From assembly GCA_963663965.2 (NCBI GenBank), contig CAXXFK010000027.1, forward strand, positions 1-64,000: a stretch of 64,000 nucleotides of DNA, written 5' to 3'. The translations under genes and the position numbers were made by a program. Position 1 is the stretch's first letter. Every line of letters starts with the position of its first letter. Of the stretch, positions 1 through 10,685 are shown piece by piece. The stretch comes from Sedimentisphaerales bacterium. Lineage in GTDB: Bacteria > Planctomycetota > Phycisphaerae > Sedimentisphaerales > SM23-30. A model generated the notes under the pieces. The model worked only from the letters and a program-made list of their open reading frames with translations. It made no database searches and was not told the origin of the DNA.

Positions 1-1602
1 GGCGAAGGCAAGACCCTCATGGCCCCTCTGGCGGCATATCTGCACCATCTGGGTCATTATGATAAATGTTGCCATATCGTTACCGCTAATGAATACCTTG
101 CCGAACGCGATGCCCGCTGGATGGAACCATTTCTCAAAGGGTTGGGACTCTCTACTGGATTTATCGTCCCAAATCAAAGCGGCGTAGAAAGGGCACGCGC
201 CTACCAGCATGATGTAGTTTATGCCACATCACGTGAAATCGTCTTCGATAGCCTGCGTGAACCCGTTCGAAAAAAACGAACTCATAGTGCCGACGCCATA
301 CTCCGCCCCCAGATCGATCAGGAGTTAAATCCATCTTATGACTTTGTCATTGTTGATGAGGTTGACAGCGTTCTGGTTGATCAGGCCCGCAGCCCGTTGT
401 CGCTCGGCACTGACAGCGGCTCGTCGCCCCAGATTGAATTGTATCGTCATGCCGACACCGTTGCCGGCCAACTGGTCCGGGGCCAGCATTACCGTCTTAT
501 GCACGATGATCGCAGTGTAGAATTAAAGGATGAAGGCAAAGCTGAGGCCCGGCGACGCGCCGGTAACGCCCTGCGACTGCTGCCAGTAGGCCACAAATGG
601 GAACGATACATCACCTGCGCCCTGGCTGCACGCTATATCTATAAAGCCGATAATCATTATGTCGTACGTAATGGCCGTGTTGTGCTGATTGATGAATCCA
701 CCGGACGCATGCTGCCCGGCCGCCAACTGCCTGACGGAATCCACCAGGCCATTGAAGTCAGAAACGGCCTCAATCCCTCCATTGAAGTCCGCGGTGCTTA
801 CCAGACCACATTTCAGACTTTTTTCCGCAAATACGAGAAAATTGCCGGCATGACCGGTACGGCTACTATGGCTTCAATGGAATTCCTCTCCGTCTATAAT
901 TTGAAAATTGTCCCGATTCCACCCAACAAACCGACCCAACGCAACTATCAGGGTGATCTGGTCTACCGTAACCAGGAAAACAAGCACAAAGCATTGTTAG
1001 ATAAAATTGCTGAAATTCACGATACCGGCCGCCCGATTCTGATCGGTACCGGATCGGTCAAAGAATCGGAATTAATCGGGCAAATGCTCGAGGCGCGCGG
1101 ACTCAAGCACGATATCTTAAATGCCAAAAATCATGCCCGCGAAGCCGAAATCATCGCCGACGCCGGCCAGTACGGCCGCATTACCATCATCACCAACATG
1201 GCCGGCCGTGGTGTCGATATCAAACTGGGGCCCGGTATCGCCGAAATGGGCGGCATCTTTCTCTTGAGTACCGACCGTCTGCCTTTCCGGCGACTGGACT
1301 GGCAACTCATCGGCCGTATCGGTCGCCAGGGTGATCCCGGCGATTGCCTCTATTTCCTCTCTCTGAAAGATGACCTGTTACGCAACGCTAATCGCAAAAT
1401 GATTACTCGTCTGCGCAACGCCTCGCGCGCCCATCGGCACGCACCCGTTGAATCCCCCAAAGCAGTCAAAGTCTTCGACAACATTCAGAGGCATTACGAA
1501 AAAGTCACCACCCGCCAACGCAAACGCATGTACCAATATGAAAAACACCGCGAAAAAATGAAAGACCAGGGCCTTTGGGAAGATTGGATGGATATCCGCT
1601 AA
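1..1602 (+). CDS. secA: SecA-family ATPase (short SecA paralogue), 5'-truncated by the window
   Basis: The frame is open from base 1 (GEGKTL Walker A). SecA motifs: VTANEYLAERDA, IVDEVDSVLVD, GMTGTA, ILNAKNHAREA, TNMAGRGVDIKLG, QLIGRIGRQGDPG. The C-terminus is much shorter than in canonical SecA. Confidence 0.9.
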   Translation, partial: GEGKTLMAPLAAYLHHLGHYDKCCHIVTANEYLAERDARWMEPFLKGLGLSTGFIVPNQSGVERARAYQHDVVYATSREIVFDSLREPVRKKRTHSADAILRPQIDQELNPSYDFVIVDEVDSVLVDQARSPLSLGTDSGSSPQIELYRHADTVAGQLVRGQHYRLMHDDRSVELKDEGKAEARRRAGNALRLLPVGHKWERYITCALAARYIYKADNHYVVRNGRVVLIDESTGRMLPGRQLPDGIHQAIEVRNGLNPSIEVRGAYQTTFQTFFRKYEKIAGMTGTATMASMEFLSVYNLKIVPIPPNKPTQRNYQGDLVYRNQENKHKALLDKIAEIHDTGRPILIGTGSVKESELIGQMLEARGLKHDILNAKNHAREAEIIADAGQYGRITIITNMAGRGVDIKLGPGIAEMGGIFLLSTDRLPFRRLDWQLIGRIGRQGDPGDCLYFLSLKDDLLRNANRKMITRLRNASRAHRHAPVESPKAVKVFDNIQRHYEKVTTRQRKRMYQYEKHREKMKDQGLWEDWMDIR

Positions 1603-1674
1603 ATCCGATGATTAGCTCATACGGGTTCGGATTCATCGGATTAACAGCATGAATCTAATCCGCTTAGTGCCCGG

Positions 1675-3453
1675 TCAGGCGTCGATTCGAATATCATAAA
1701 TCCGCATCTCAACCGAACTATTCCCATTAAAATGGTTGATCACCGGCTCGTATACCAACGAAAAACTCTCCGCGTCGATCAGTTTTTTCTCCCACTTGGA
1801 CAGATTGAATCCCACCGCTCTCAGCATGGCATTCCCGCGCGTCTGCATCGTATCCTTAGCGGTAACAATCAACGCCAGATGGTCCCCCCGGGCGCCCATC
1901 TTTTGAGGTGGTTTCACCAGTTTTAAACCGCTTGACATCAGTAAAACACTAGGATTCCCCGCACCAAATGGCCCCAGATTGTAAATCGCCTGCACTGTAG
2001 CCATATCCAGATCTGCCAGTGCCACCTGGGCATCTATCGACATTATCCGTGTCAAATCCCCTTCCTCAAAGTGATCGAGCGCATACTGATTAAAGGAGTG
2101 TCTCAATGGCTCAATCTGATCGGCGCGGCACGTCAGGCCGGCGGCCATGGCATGCCCCCCGAAACGAATCAGAAACTCCTGACAACTTTGTAATGCTTTA
2201 AAAAGATCGAATCCCTGCACCGAGCGCCCCGACCCCATGCATTTTTCTGCACCTTCCGCAATCACCAGGGTCGGACGGTTAAACTTGTCCACGATCCGAC
2301 TGGCCACAATTCCGATCACGCCCGGATGCCAGTTTTCTCCGCTGACGACATAACCACGCCATTTACTTTGGTCCATACCCAGCTTCAGAATCTGATTGAT
2401 CGCCTCATCGGCGATATCCTTTTCCACCTTCTGGCGCTGACGGTTCTGGGCATCAAGATACGCCACAATTTCGGCAGCACGATGTTCATTGGATTTCGTA
2501 AACAGCTCGACCGCTAATCGTGCGTGCCCCATCCTGCCCGCCGCGTTCAAACGCGGCGCCAGCTTAAAACCGACATCCTCGCTATTGATCTTTCCATTGG
2601 ATACCCCCGCCCCTTGCAGTAAAGCCCGCACACCCGGATTAGCACTGTTCAACAAGGTCTGCATCCCAAATGAGGCAATAATCCGGTTCTCCCCCACCAA
2701 AGGCACCACATCGGCCACTGTACCCAGCGCTGCTAATCCAGTGGCGAATATCAGGTATTCCCGAAATTCATCGGTCACCTTATCCCGTCCGCAAAAGTCC
2801 TGGCTCAAGGCCCATGCCAGCTTGAGCGCCACTCCCGCGCCGCACAAATGCGGATTGGCGTATTTCTGACCGGGCAAATCCGGATGAACCGTGATGGGCG
2901 CCGCGGGCGTCTCCTCTTCCAGTTTATGATGATCCGTCACAATAATATCCACACCTAATTCCCGGCCCCTGTCAATCACTTGCCGGGCATTAATGCCGCA
3001 ATCGATACTGATGATCAATTGTGCCCCCTGGCCGGCCAGATGCTCGATCGCCTCCAGGTTCAGGCCATAGCCCTCATCGATACGATGTGGCACATAATAA
3101 TCGACATCATAACCCGCCAGCTTAAAACATTGCCACAGGATCGCCACCCCTGCAATCCCATCCACATCGTAATCGCCGTATAGTACCACCTTCTCCCTGT
3201 CAGTCATGGCCTGGCGGATCCGTTTTACCGCCGGCCGGACCCCGATCAGACACTCCGGATCGATCAGGTTCTTGAAACTCGGACGAAGAAACTCCCTGGC
3301 CCCATCGACCTCCGCAATACCCCTGTTATAGAGCAGTTGGGCCAGCAAAGGCGATACCCGCAATTGTCTGGCCAGATCTTCGCGTTCCTCCCACGCTGGC
3401 ATGACCTCCCAGTTGCTGCTTTCTTGCGATTTCTTTCTCATTCTTGCCATCAT
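1675..3453 (-). CDS. recJ: Single-stranded-DNA-specific exonuclease RecJ
   Basis: YGDYDVDG, DCG, TDHH (DHH), LGTVADVVPL, PRLNAAGR and FGGHAMAAG motifs. Confidence 0.97.
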   Translation of the reverse strand: MMARMRKKSQESSNWEVMPAWEEREDLARQLRVSPLLAQLLYNRGIAEVDGAREFLRPSFKNLIDPECLIGVRPAVKRIRQAMTDREKVVLYGDYDVDGIAGVAILWQCFKLAGYDVDYYVPHRIDEGYGLNLEAIEHLAGQGAQLIISIDCGINARQVIDRGRELGVDIIVTDHHKLEEETPAAPITVHPDLPGQKYANPHLCGAGVALKLAWALSQDFCGRDKVTDEFREYLIFATGLAALGTVADVVPLVGENRIIASFGMQTLLNSANPGVRALLQGAGVSNGKINSEDVGFKLAPRLNAAGRMGHARLAVELFTKSNEHRAAEIVAYLDAQNRQRQKVEKDIADEAINQILKLGMDQSKWRGYVVSGENWHPGVIGIVASRIVDKFNRPTLVIAEGAEKCMGSGRSVQGFDLFKALQSCQEFLIRFGGHAMAAGLTCRADQIEPLRHSFNQYALDHFEEGDLTRIMSIDAQVALADLDMATVQAIYNLGPFGAGNPSVLLMSSGLKLVKPPQKMGARGDHLALIVTAKDTMQTRGNAMLRAVGFNLSKWEKKLIDAESFSLVYEPVINHFNGNSSVEMRIYDIRIDA

Positions 3454-3528
3454 GGCCGATATCGATCCTCAGGCATCCTGCCTGCCTTGCGTTATACGAG
3501 CTACTGTCTTCCAAGAGATTGGCGGCTA

Positions 3529-4308
3529 TCAGTTAAAATAATTCACGGCATTCTCAAACAGGGTAAGGCCATCCGGCTTCTCGATTGCCTCCCGCGTCCA
3601 GCGGGGATGGTTGGTGCGATGGACAAACCGCTCCGGGTGGGGCATCAGCCCCAGTACACGTCCGGTCGGATCACACAATCCGGCAATATGATCGGTTGAA
3701 CCATTCGGATTTACCGGATAACCTCCTGACTGTCCCTGACTGTTGACATACTGAAATGCCACCTGACCGGCAGCTTTCAGCCGGTCCAGTACTTCAGGTG
3801 TCTCAAAACAGACTTTCCCTTCGCCATGGGCCACGGGCAAATAGATCCGACGTTTCTGGTCGATAAAAACGCAACGATCCGTTTTCGGCTCCAGGTATAC
3901 CCACCGGTCTTCATACCGGGCCGAATCGTTATGAGTAATCGTCGCCTGTTGCCGGCCCGCACCATCGGCCTCTTCTAACGCCGGTAGCAATCCCGCCTTG
4001 ACCAGCACCTGAAAGCCATTGCAAATCCCGATAACCAGCTTATCAGTATGGATAAACTCTTTCACCTCGTCATGAAAATGATGCACCAGCTGATTGGCAA
4101 GGATACGCCCAGCGGCAATATCGTCCCCATAACTGAATCCACCGGGAATCGCCATCACCTGATACTGCTTGAGAATGGCCGGCTCTTCAATCAGCCGGTT
4201 CACATGATAACAATCAGCCTGCGCGCCTGCCAGTTCAAAGGCGTAGGCGGTTTCCATATCGCAATTCGTCCCGGCTGATTTCAATATTAATGCCTTTACT
4301 TGTGCCAT
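3529..4308 (-). CDS. purQ: Phosphoribosylformylglycinamidine synthase subunit PurQ (glutaminase)
   Basis: PGGFSYGD, GICNGFQ, AHGEG, NPNGS and MPHPER motifs. Confidence 0.97.
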   Translation of the reverse strand: MAQVKALILKSAGTNCDMETAYAFELAGAQADCYHVNRLIEEPAILKQYQVMAIPGGFSYGDDIAAGRILANQLVHHFHDEVKEFIHTDKLVIGICNGFQVLVKAGLLPALEEADGAGRQQATITHNDSARYEDRWVYLEPKTDRCVFIDQKRRIYLPVAHGEGKVCFETPEVLDRLKAAGQVAFQYVNSQGQSGGYPVNPNGSTDHIAGLCDPTGRVLGLMPHPERFVHRTNHPRWTREAIEKPDGLTLFENAVNYFN

Positions 4309-4336
4309 AATTCCTCAAATTTCTAACAAGTCTGTT

Positions 4337-7231
4337 TTACCAGTTCAATGGCGCCTGCCATTTTTCTTTTAACGTTTCTATCGATTGGTTGACCACCTCG
4401 CTCTGACAATACCGAATGACCAGCCGGCCGCTCTGATCCACCTGCCCGATCGTCGTCATCGGCACTGCACCACATAAACAGGCAAACATATCGAAATCCT
4501 GCGGATCGATTTCCAGTAAATACCGGGAGGGCGTCTCACTGAAGAGCAGTTGATCCACGCGCCTGACTGTCTCCGCAGCCGGCGCCTGTTCCAGCTCGAC
4601 CTGCAATCCCAGTCCGCCGGCGAACGCCATTTCCGCCAGCGCCACTGCCAGCCCGCCTTCACTGCAGTCGTGACACGACAACACCAGACCCTGGGAGATC
4701 GCTCGTGCGACCGTCTGGGCAGCCGCCGGTCCCGTCAGGGTATCCACCCTGGGTACATTGCCACCCAGCTGACCTTGTTGCCGATAATAAAGACTGCCGC
4801 CCAGTTCGTTGCGGGTCTCGCCCACCACTACCAGCAGATTGCCGGGCTTTTTCAGATCCATCGTCACACAGCCATTTACATTATTGACCAGCGTCATGGC
4901 GCTGATCAGCAATGTTCCCGGAATACTGATCGTCTCACCGGTCTCTGTTTTGAATTCGTTATTCAGCGAATCTTTACCGGAGACGAAAGGCGTCTCATAA
5001 GCCATCGCGCCATCGTAACAACCGCGCGCGGCCCGGACCAGACCCGCCAGCCGATCTGGCTTGTCGCAATTCCCCCAGCAGAAATTATCCAATATCGCAA
5101 TCCGGTCATAGCGTCCACCCACACAGATCACATTTCGAACGGCCTCATCGATCGCCGCCATCGCCATCCAGTAAGGATCGATATCGCTGTATTGCGGACA
5201 GATCCCACAGCCAATGGCCAGTCCCAGATCCTTATCCAGCCGTGGCCGAACCACCGCCGCGTCACCCGGCCCGTCATTGGCAATTCCCACCAACGGCTTA
5301 ACCGAAGATCCACCTTGCACCTCATGGTCATATTGACGGATGATCCATTCCTTGGAAGCCACATTATAATCCCCCAGCATGACCGCCAGCTCATCGTTGT
5401 AATTGGTCTTCTCCTCCAACTCCGGTTCGGCATAATGCTTGTTTCGCCAGATTGCCTTACGGGTATAACGCGGCAAGCCCTCGTGCAGAAATTCCATATC
5501 CAGCTGCCCGACAGTCTGACCTTCATAACGCAACTCAAGCTTGCCCTGGTTGCCAAATACCCCGATCACAGTCGCCTCGACATCTTCACCGGTAAAAATC
5601 GCCTGGATGCGTTCCAGTTGATCCTGAGGAACCGCAATCACCATGCGCTCCTGCGCCTCGCTGATCCAGATCTCGGTATAGCTCAAGCCATCATATTTCA
5701 GCGGCACCTTCTCAAGATCTACCACGGCCCCAATCTTGCTGCCCATTTCGCCAATCGCGCTACTCAAACCGCCCGCGCCGCAATCAGTCACTGCCACATA
5801 CAGTCCTTCGTCCCGCGCCTTTAACAGGGTGTCCAGTACCTTCTTCTCCGTAATCGCGTTACCAATTTGAACCGCGTGCGAAAACAGATCTTCATGCTCA
5901 TGGGTCATCTCGCCGCTGCTGAACGTCGCCCCATGAATCCCGTCTCGACCGGTACGCCCCCCCACTACCATAATCAGGCAGCCTTCCTGCACTTCGCCAA
6001 AACACTTATCGCGCGGCATAATTCCAATATTGCCACAATACACCAGCGGATTGCCCAGATAGCGATCATCGAATAACACCGCGCCATTTACCGTCGGGAT
6101 TCCCATCCGATTGCCGTAATCGCGGACCCCACTGACCACGCCCTTCATAACCCGGCGCGGATGCAGAACGCCCGCGGGCAACTCATGGATGTCCATATCC
6201 GGCGGGGCGAAACAGAAGATATCCGTATTGGCGATCGGTTTGGCCCCTAATCCGGTTCCCATCGGATCACGGATACAACCGCCAATTCCCGTCGCTGCCC
6301 CGCCATAAGGCTCAATTGCCGAGGGATGATTATGCGTTTCCACCTTGAAACAAACCGCGTAATCCTCATCGAACTCCACCACCCCGGCATTGTCTTCAAA
6401 TACCGAGATCGTCCAGGGCTTGTTCAGGTCAAAGGTCGCCTTGGCGATATAACTCTTCAAGATGTTCTGGACCGTCTCCGTCGAAACCACATTACCCTCG
6501 GCGTCCAGAGTCGTCAACTCGATCGTACCGCGAAATGTCTTATGGACACAATGTTCACTCCAGGTCTGGGCCAGCATCTCCAGTTCCACATCGATGGGAT
6601 CACGCCCCAACTTGCAAAAATAGCTCTGTATCGTTTGCATCTCTTTCAGATTCAGAAACAGGTCGTTCTGCTTGCTCAACGCGAGCAATGCCTCATTGTC
6701 CAGATCTCGCAGTGGAACGGTAATAATCTTGAGTTGATAAGGTTCGATATGAATTTCCGGCTCATCAATATCACTGTCATACATAACCGTTTCGATACAA
6801 TCGTTGGCCAATATCTTATTGGCAATCAATTGCTTATCCAACTCGCTCAATGACCCCGTTACAAAATATTTTCGACCGGTACGCACATAATCAACCTGTA
6901 TTCCCATATCGGCAATCGCCATGGTTGCCGATTCGGCCACCGGATCGGTCACACCCGGTTGTAAATGAACTTCAAACAGGGTCACAGGATCCTTCGTATT
7001 CGAGCACTCAGACTTGCCGGTTACATAGGTTTCATTGACCGGATCGGCCAGCAATTCCGCCGCGATGCGATCCAACTCCGCCGGGGTTAAGTCTCCCCCA
7101 ATAAAAAACAATCGTACCGATTGTACGTCAGTCACGCTATGAATGCCCAGTTGCTGAATATTAGCTAATACTTCATGACCCTGGGCATCGAAAAATTCCG
7201 GTTTATAGGTAACTTCAATGCGATAGTTCAT
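4337..7231 (-). CDS. purL: Phosphoribosylformylglycinamidine synthase PurL with N-terminal PurS-like domains
   Basis: QTWSEHCVHK, KVETHNHPSAIEPYGGAATG, DCGAGGLSS, SEAQERM, SGKDSL and HDCSEGGL motifs. The first ~150 aa resemble two PurS repeats. Confidence 0.96.
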   Translation of the reverse strand: MNYRIEVTYKPEFFDAQGHEVLANIQQLGIHSVTDVQSVRLFFIGGDLTPAELDRIAAELLADPVNETYVTGKSECSNTKDPVTLFEVHLQPGVTDPVAESATMAIADMGIQVDYVRTGRKYFVTGSLSELDKQLIANKILANDCIETVMYDSDIDEPEIHIEPYQLKIITVPLRDLDNEALLALSKQNDLFLNLKEMQTIQSYFCKLGRDPIDVELEMLAQTWSEHCVHKTFRGTIELTTLDAEGNVVSTETVQNILKSYIAKATFDLNKPWTISVFEDNAGVVEFDEDYAVCFKVETHNHPSAIEPYGGAATGIGGCIRDPMGTGLGAKPIANTDIFCFAPPDMDIHELPAGVLHPRRVMKGVVSGVRDYGNRMGIPTVNGAVLFDDRYLGNPLVYCGNIGIMPRDKCFGEVQEGCLIMVVGGRTGRDGIHGATFSSGEMTHEHEDLFSHAVQIGNAITEKKVLDTLLKARDEGLYVAVTDCGAGGLSSAIGEMGSKIGAVVDLEKVPLKYDGLSYTEIWISEAQERMVIAVPQDQLERIQAIFTGEDVEATVIGVFGNQGKLELRYEGQTVGQLDMEFLHEGLPRYTRKAIWRNKHYAEPELEEKTNYNDELAVMLGDYNVASKEWIIRQYDHEVQGGSSVKPLVGIANDGPGDAAVVRPRLDKDLGLAIGCGICPQYSDIDPYWMAMAAIDEAVRNVICVGGRYDRIAILDNFCWGNCDKPDRLAGLVRAARGCYDGAMAYETPFVSGKDSLNNEFKTETGETISIPGTLLISAMTLVNNVNGCVTMDLKKPGNLLVVVGETRNELGGSLYYRQQGQLGGNVPRVDTLTGPAAAQTVARAISQGLVLSCHDCSEGGLAVALAEMAFAGGLGLQVELEQAPAAETVRRVDQLLFSETPSRYLLEIDPQDFDMFACLCGAVPMTTIGQVDQSGRLVIRYCQSEVVNQSIETLKEKWQAPLNW

Positions 7232-8115
7232 CAGGTGGGTAATTCCTTACGTTTCATTTTCTGCTCTACCAGATGGTCGCGTTTGATACGCGCGACTTCC
7301 AGCATCTGGTAGATTGATTCCGATTTGCGTTCTTTTAACACAGTCTGTACTGCGACCAGTTCGGAGATCAGTTTGTCGATTCCTTTGGCCGTATTATCCG
7401 CGTTCGCCATCAGGATGTCCCGCCAGACATTAGCCGGCCCGGATGCGATACGGGTTGTATCCAGAAATCCCTTGCCGCAGAATAATGTCTGATCCGGCAT
7501 GGAGATATTAATCAAGGCCATCGCCAGCACATGCGGCAAATGACTGATGTTGCCAACCACTCGATCGTGAATTGACGGCGTCATCTCACTCACACGCATC
7601 CCCAGCAATTCCCAGAACTCCCACAACAAAGCAACCGCTTCCGGAGATGATTTGGGCGTGGGTGTCAAAATACAGTTTGCATCCTGAAACAGATCCGCAC
7701 GCGCGTAATCCACTCCCTGCTGTTCAGAACCCGCCATCGGATGCGATCCGACGAAATGCACCTCCCTGGACAGGCTCTGCCGTGCCCAGCGAACCGGTAA
7801 TACCTTGGTACTGCCCACATCGGTAATCACCGCGCCGGGTTTCAAAACAGGGGCGATAACTTTAAATTGTTCTGAAAAAGTCCCGATCGGACTGGCTAAA
7901 ATTACCAGGTCCGCATCTTTGACTGAGTCAGCCAGTTCGTCAAAAACCTCATCCACGGTATCTAGACTTAACGCCTTGTCACGGGTCTGCTTACGATGAC
8001 TCCAACCCAGACGCCGGACATGGGGCAACACACTGTCTATCGCAAGTCCCAGCGATCCGCCCAGTAAACCTAAGCCTATTACGGTAATATTTTTTAAGCC
8101 TTTACATACCAGCAT
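7231..8115 (-). CDS. tyrA: Prephenate/arogenate dehydrogenase
   Basis: GLGLLGGS Rossmann motif, DVGSTK, HPMAGSE, SHLPH and DTTRIA. Its stop codon overlaps the purL start. Confidence 0.92.
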   Translation of the reverse strand: MLVCKGLKNITVIGLGLLGGSLGLAIDSVLPHVRRLGWSHRKQTRDKALSLDTVDEVFDELADSVKDADLVILASPIGTFSEQFKVIAPVLKPGAVITDVGSTKVLPVRWARQSLSREVHFVGSHPMAGSEQQGVDYARADLFQDANCILTPTPKSSPEAVALLWEFWELLGMRVSEMTPSIHDRVVGNISHLPHVLAMALINISMPDQTLFCGKGFLDTTRIASGPANVWRDILMANADNTAKGIDKLISELVAVQTVLKERKSESIYQMLEVARIKRDHLVEQKMKRKELPT

Positions 8116-8419
8116 GTTATATTTTCTAATTCATTACATTACTTTTGCTGATAGACTAGTGTCACCCGGGCCGAAAGTCAATTTTTTTCTTGCTTTAGCA
8201 TCTTGATTTCGCTAATATTACCTTAACAATAATAAAACAGAATGGTTGGTTTCATCATAAACTCCTATACATTATTTTGATGAAACTGATTCTTTGAATA
8301 TGCCGACATGAGTGATAGAATGTTTGGTACCGATAATACTATATCCCTTTGTCTGTTAATAGACGCTGGATTATTTCGTTTAACCAACCTGCGTTAACTC
8401 AAACTGCGGAAAAAGAAAG

Positions 8420-9529
8420 ATGAAGAAGAAGCAGCGAAAATCGAAAAGCGAATCCGTCATTGACCAGCAACCGATTCCTGAGGAATCGCCGGCTAAAAAG
8501 GTGCAATATCTTGAGTTCGAAAAACCACTGGCGGATTTAAACAAACAGATCGAAGACCTGAAAAATCTGCAAAAAGCCAAGGGTATCAATTACGCCCCCG
8601 AAATTCGCGAACTTTATAATAACCTCGTTAAACTCACCACCAAAATTTACGATCACCTCACCGCCTGGGAGATCGTTCAGGTCTCCCGTCATCCCGCCCG
8701 GCCGTTAATGACCGACTATCTGGAATTGATGGTCAAGGACTTTATGGAACTGCATGGTGATCGTACCTTTGGTGATGACAATGCCATTATTACCGGCTTT
8801 GGCCGGATCGGCCGGGAAAAGGTCCTTGTCGTCGGCCACAACAAAGGCCGCGACACCAAGGAACGTATCCGCTGCAACTTCGGCAGCGCCCATCCTGAAG
8901 GCTACCGCAAAGCGCTCCACAAAATGAAAATCGCCGAAAAATTCGGCTTGCCCATTGTCTGTCTGATTGATACGCCCGGCGCTTATCCCGGTATTGGCGC
9001 TGAAGAACGCGGCCAGGCCCAGGCCATCGCCGTCAATATGATGGAAATGGCCCGGATCCGTGTCCCGATTCTCTGCCTGGTGATTGGAGAAGGCGGCTCA
9101 GGTGGTGCGCTCGGCATCGGTGTCGGTGACCGTACCGCCGTCATGCAATACGCCTACTATTCCGTCATCTCCCCCGAAGGCTGCGCCGGTATCCTCTGGA
9201 AAGACGGCGCCCAGGCCAAACTGGCCGCCGAAGCCCTCAAACTCACCGCCAAGGATCTCCATCGCCTGGATATTATCGACAATATCATCACCGAACCACT
9301 CGGCGGCGCCCATCGCAACCCACACGAAGCAGCCCACAATCTGGAAGACTATGTCATCAGGACCTTGCGCGAACTCAAACGGCTCAAACCCGATGTCCTG
9401 ATCGAAAAACGCTATCAGAAACTCCAGAAAATCGGCAAATTCACTCTCGAATCACCCAAATCAAAACGCGTCCCCACCATCGAAATCCCCGCCGCCCCAG
9501 CAGAAACCCCTGCCGCGGTTAAAAGCTAG
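8420..9529 (+). CDS. accA: Acetyl-CoA carboxylase carboxyltransferase alpha subunit
   Basis: LEFEKPL, ELHGDR, PEGYRKA, IDTPGAYPG, GEGGSGGA and EPLGGAHR motifs. Confidence 0.97.
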   Translation: MKKKQRKSKSESVIDQQPIPEESPAKKVQYLEFEKPLADLNKQIEDLKNLQKAKGINYAPEIRELYNNLVKLTTKIYDHLTAWEIVQVSRHPARPLMTDYLELMVKDFMELHGDRTFGDDNAIITGFGRIGREKVLVVGHNKGRDTKERIRCNFGSAHPEGYRKALHKMKIAEKFGLPIVCLIDTPGAYPGIGAEERGQAQAIAVNMMEMARIRVPILCLVIGEGGSGGALGIGVGDRTAVMQYAYYSVISPEGCAGILWKDGAQAKLAAEALKLTAKDLHRLDIIDNIITEPLGGAHRNPHEAAHNLEDYVIRTLRELKRLKPDVLIEKRYQKLQKIGKFTLESPKSKRVPTIEIPAAPAETPAAVKS

Positions 9530-9873
9530 ACTCTCACTAATAGTATTGCCACATAATACCAGCGGGCATATTGCGGGATTTGTCCTTAGCATGATATACT
9601 GATTGCAGCACCTCCTCTGGAGCGATTCACAAGGGTAACGTTTTTTCTCATGAATCAAAATCTGCTTTAAAGCCAGTTGATGGCTGTTGTTATAGCTATA
9701 TTTTTTGACGTTGGCTTCGTTTCGTTTGGTAATGGTATTCGCTGCGCTCATGGCTTTTTTCCTTTCTCTTTTGCGAGAAAACCTGTCGGTACGGCTCGGA
9801 GAGGCGGGGGTTAATTTTATCACGCTGAACTCCGTACGTTATTATTGAGCGTGGGCGGTGGCCGGCCTGTGTT

Positions 9874-10539
9874 TTAGTAGTGACGGCATTGGAGGGTGGT
9901 GTCGGTTGGGGTGTCCTGGGAATTTTCTGCCAGCGTGAATTGTTTTAAGTCATTGTTATAATTGTGGTTATAGTCGTAAATGCCGACATTGGGTTCGTTT
10001 CGCATTGGAGGGTAATCGGATTGGGTTTCCCGATAGATCGGGATTTCGCTGTGCTCAACGTTTAGTGTTGGTGGGCTTTCGGGTTCGTTGTCTGGTTCGG
10101 GGGTGGCGTTGGGGTCGCATTGGATGACGGGGGTGATCTGGTAGCCGGCTTCGAAGAGGATTTCTTTGGATTGCTGGATGATCTGCTGGTATTCCAGGTC
10201 GGTGGGCGGGCCATCGGGGAGGCAATCTTTGAAGGAGTTGGAAACGGTGATGAATTGCTGGATGAGTTGGGCAGTAGCGCGGCGGGCGGTGACGTTGTTG
10301 TCGGAGCGGGACTGGACGACGAGCCGTTGGAGGGCCTGGTGGCCGGCGCGGGTGGCGCGGAGTTTGTAGTCGCGGCGGTCGTAGGCGATGAGGCCGGCCA
10401 GTTCGCAGTGGTAGGAGTGGGTGTCGATGATATATTGATGCTGGCGGCGGGTGGTATTGATGGTGGCGAGGAACAGGTTGTTGATTTCGGGGCGGTGGTA
10501 GTATTGGGCGCGGGCGAGAATTTGCATGGAACGATTCAT
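9874..10539 (-). CDS. Hypothetical protein (221 aa) with a C-terminal RNEPN motif
   Basis: ATG at 10539 is preceded by a GAGGTG RBS. The same start and RBS are conserved in a second, decayed copy at 12191. The longer ORF from 10923 runs through the repeat array and is probably spurious. Confidence 0.55.
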   Translation of the reverse strand: MNRSMQILARAQYYHRPEINNLFLATINTTRRQHQYIIDTHSYHCELAGLIAYDRRDYKLRATRAGHQALQRLVVQSRSDNNVTARRATAQLIQQFITVSNSFKDCLPDGPPTDLEYQQIIQQSKEILFEAGYQITPVIQCDPNATPEPDNEPESPPTLNVEHSEIPIYRETQSDYPPMRNEPNVGIYDYNHNYNNDLKQFTLAENSQDTPTDTTLQCRHY

Positions 10540-10685
10540 GGATTCACCTCTTATTCTGTAGAACAAATTAAAAAAACATTCTGAGTTTGACCGTTGGTGG
10601 CCGACTGTTGGGATTATAGGTTGTATTTCAATAATAGTCAAATAAATAATAATATTAATTGCAATAAATACATAATATAAGAAAA

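Noticed and set aside
1602..1642. 10-bp inverted repeat AATCCGATGA/TCATCGGATT between convergent secA and recJ
   Set aside because: Long loop and no U-tract. It may be a terminator, but the support is too weak to call.
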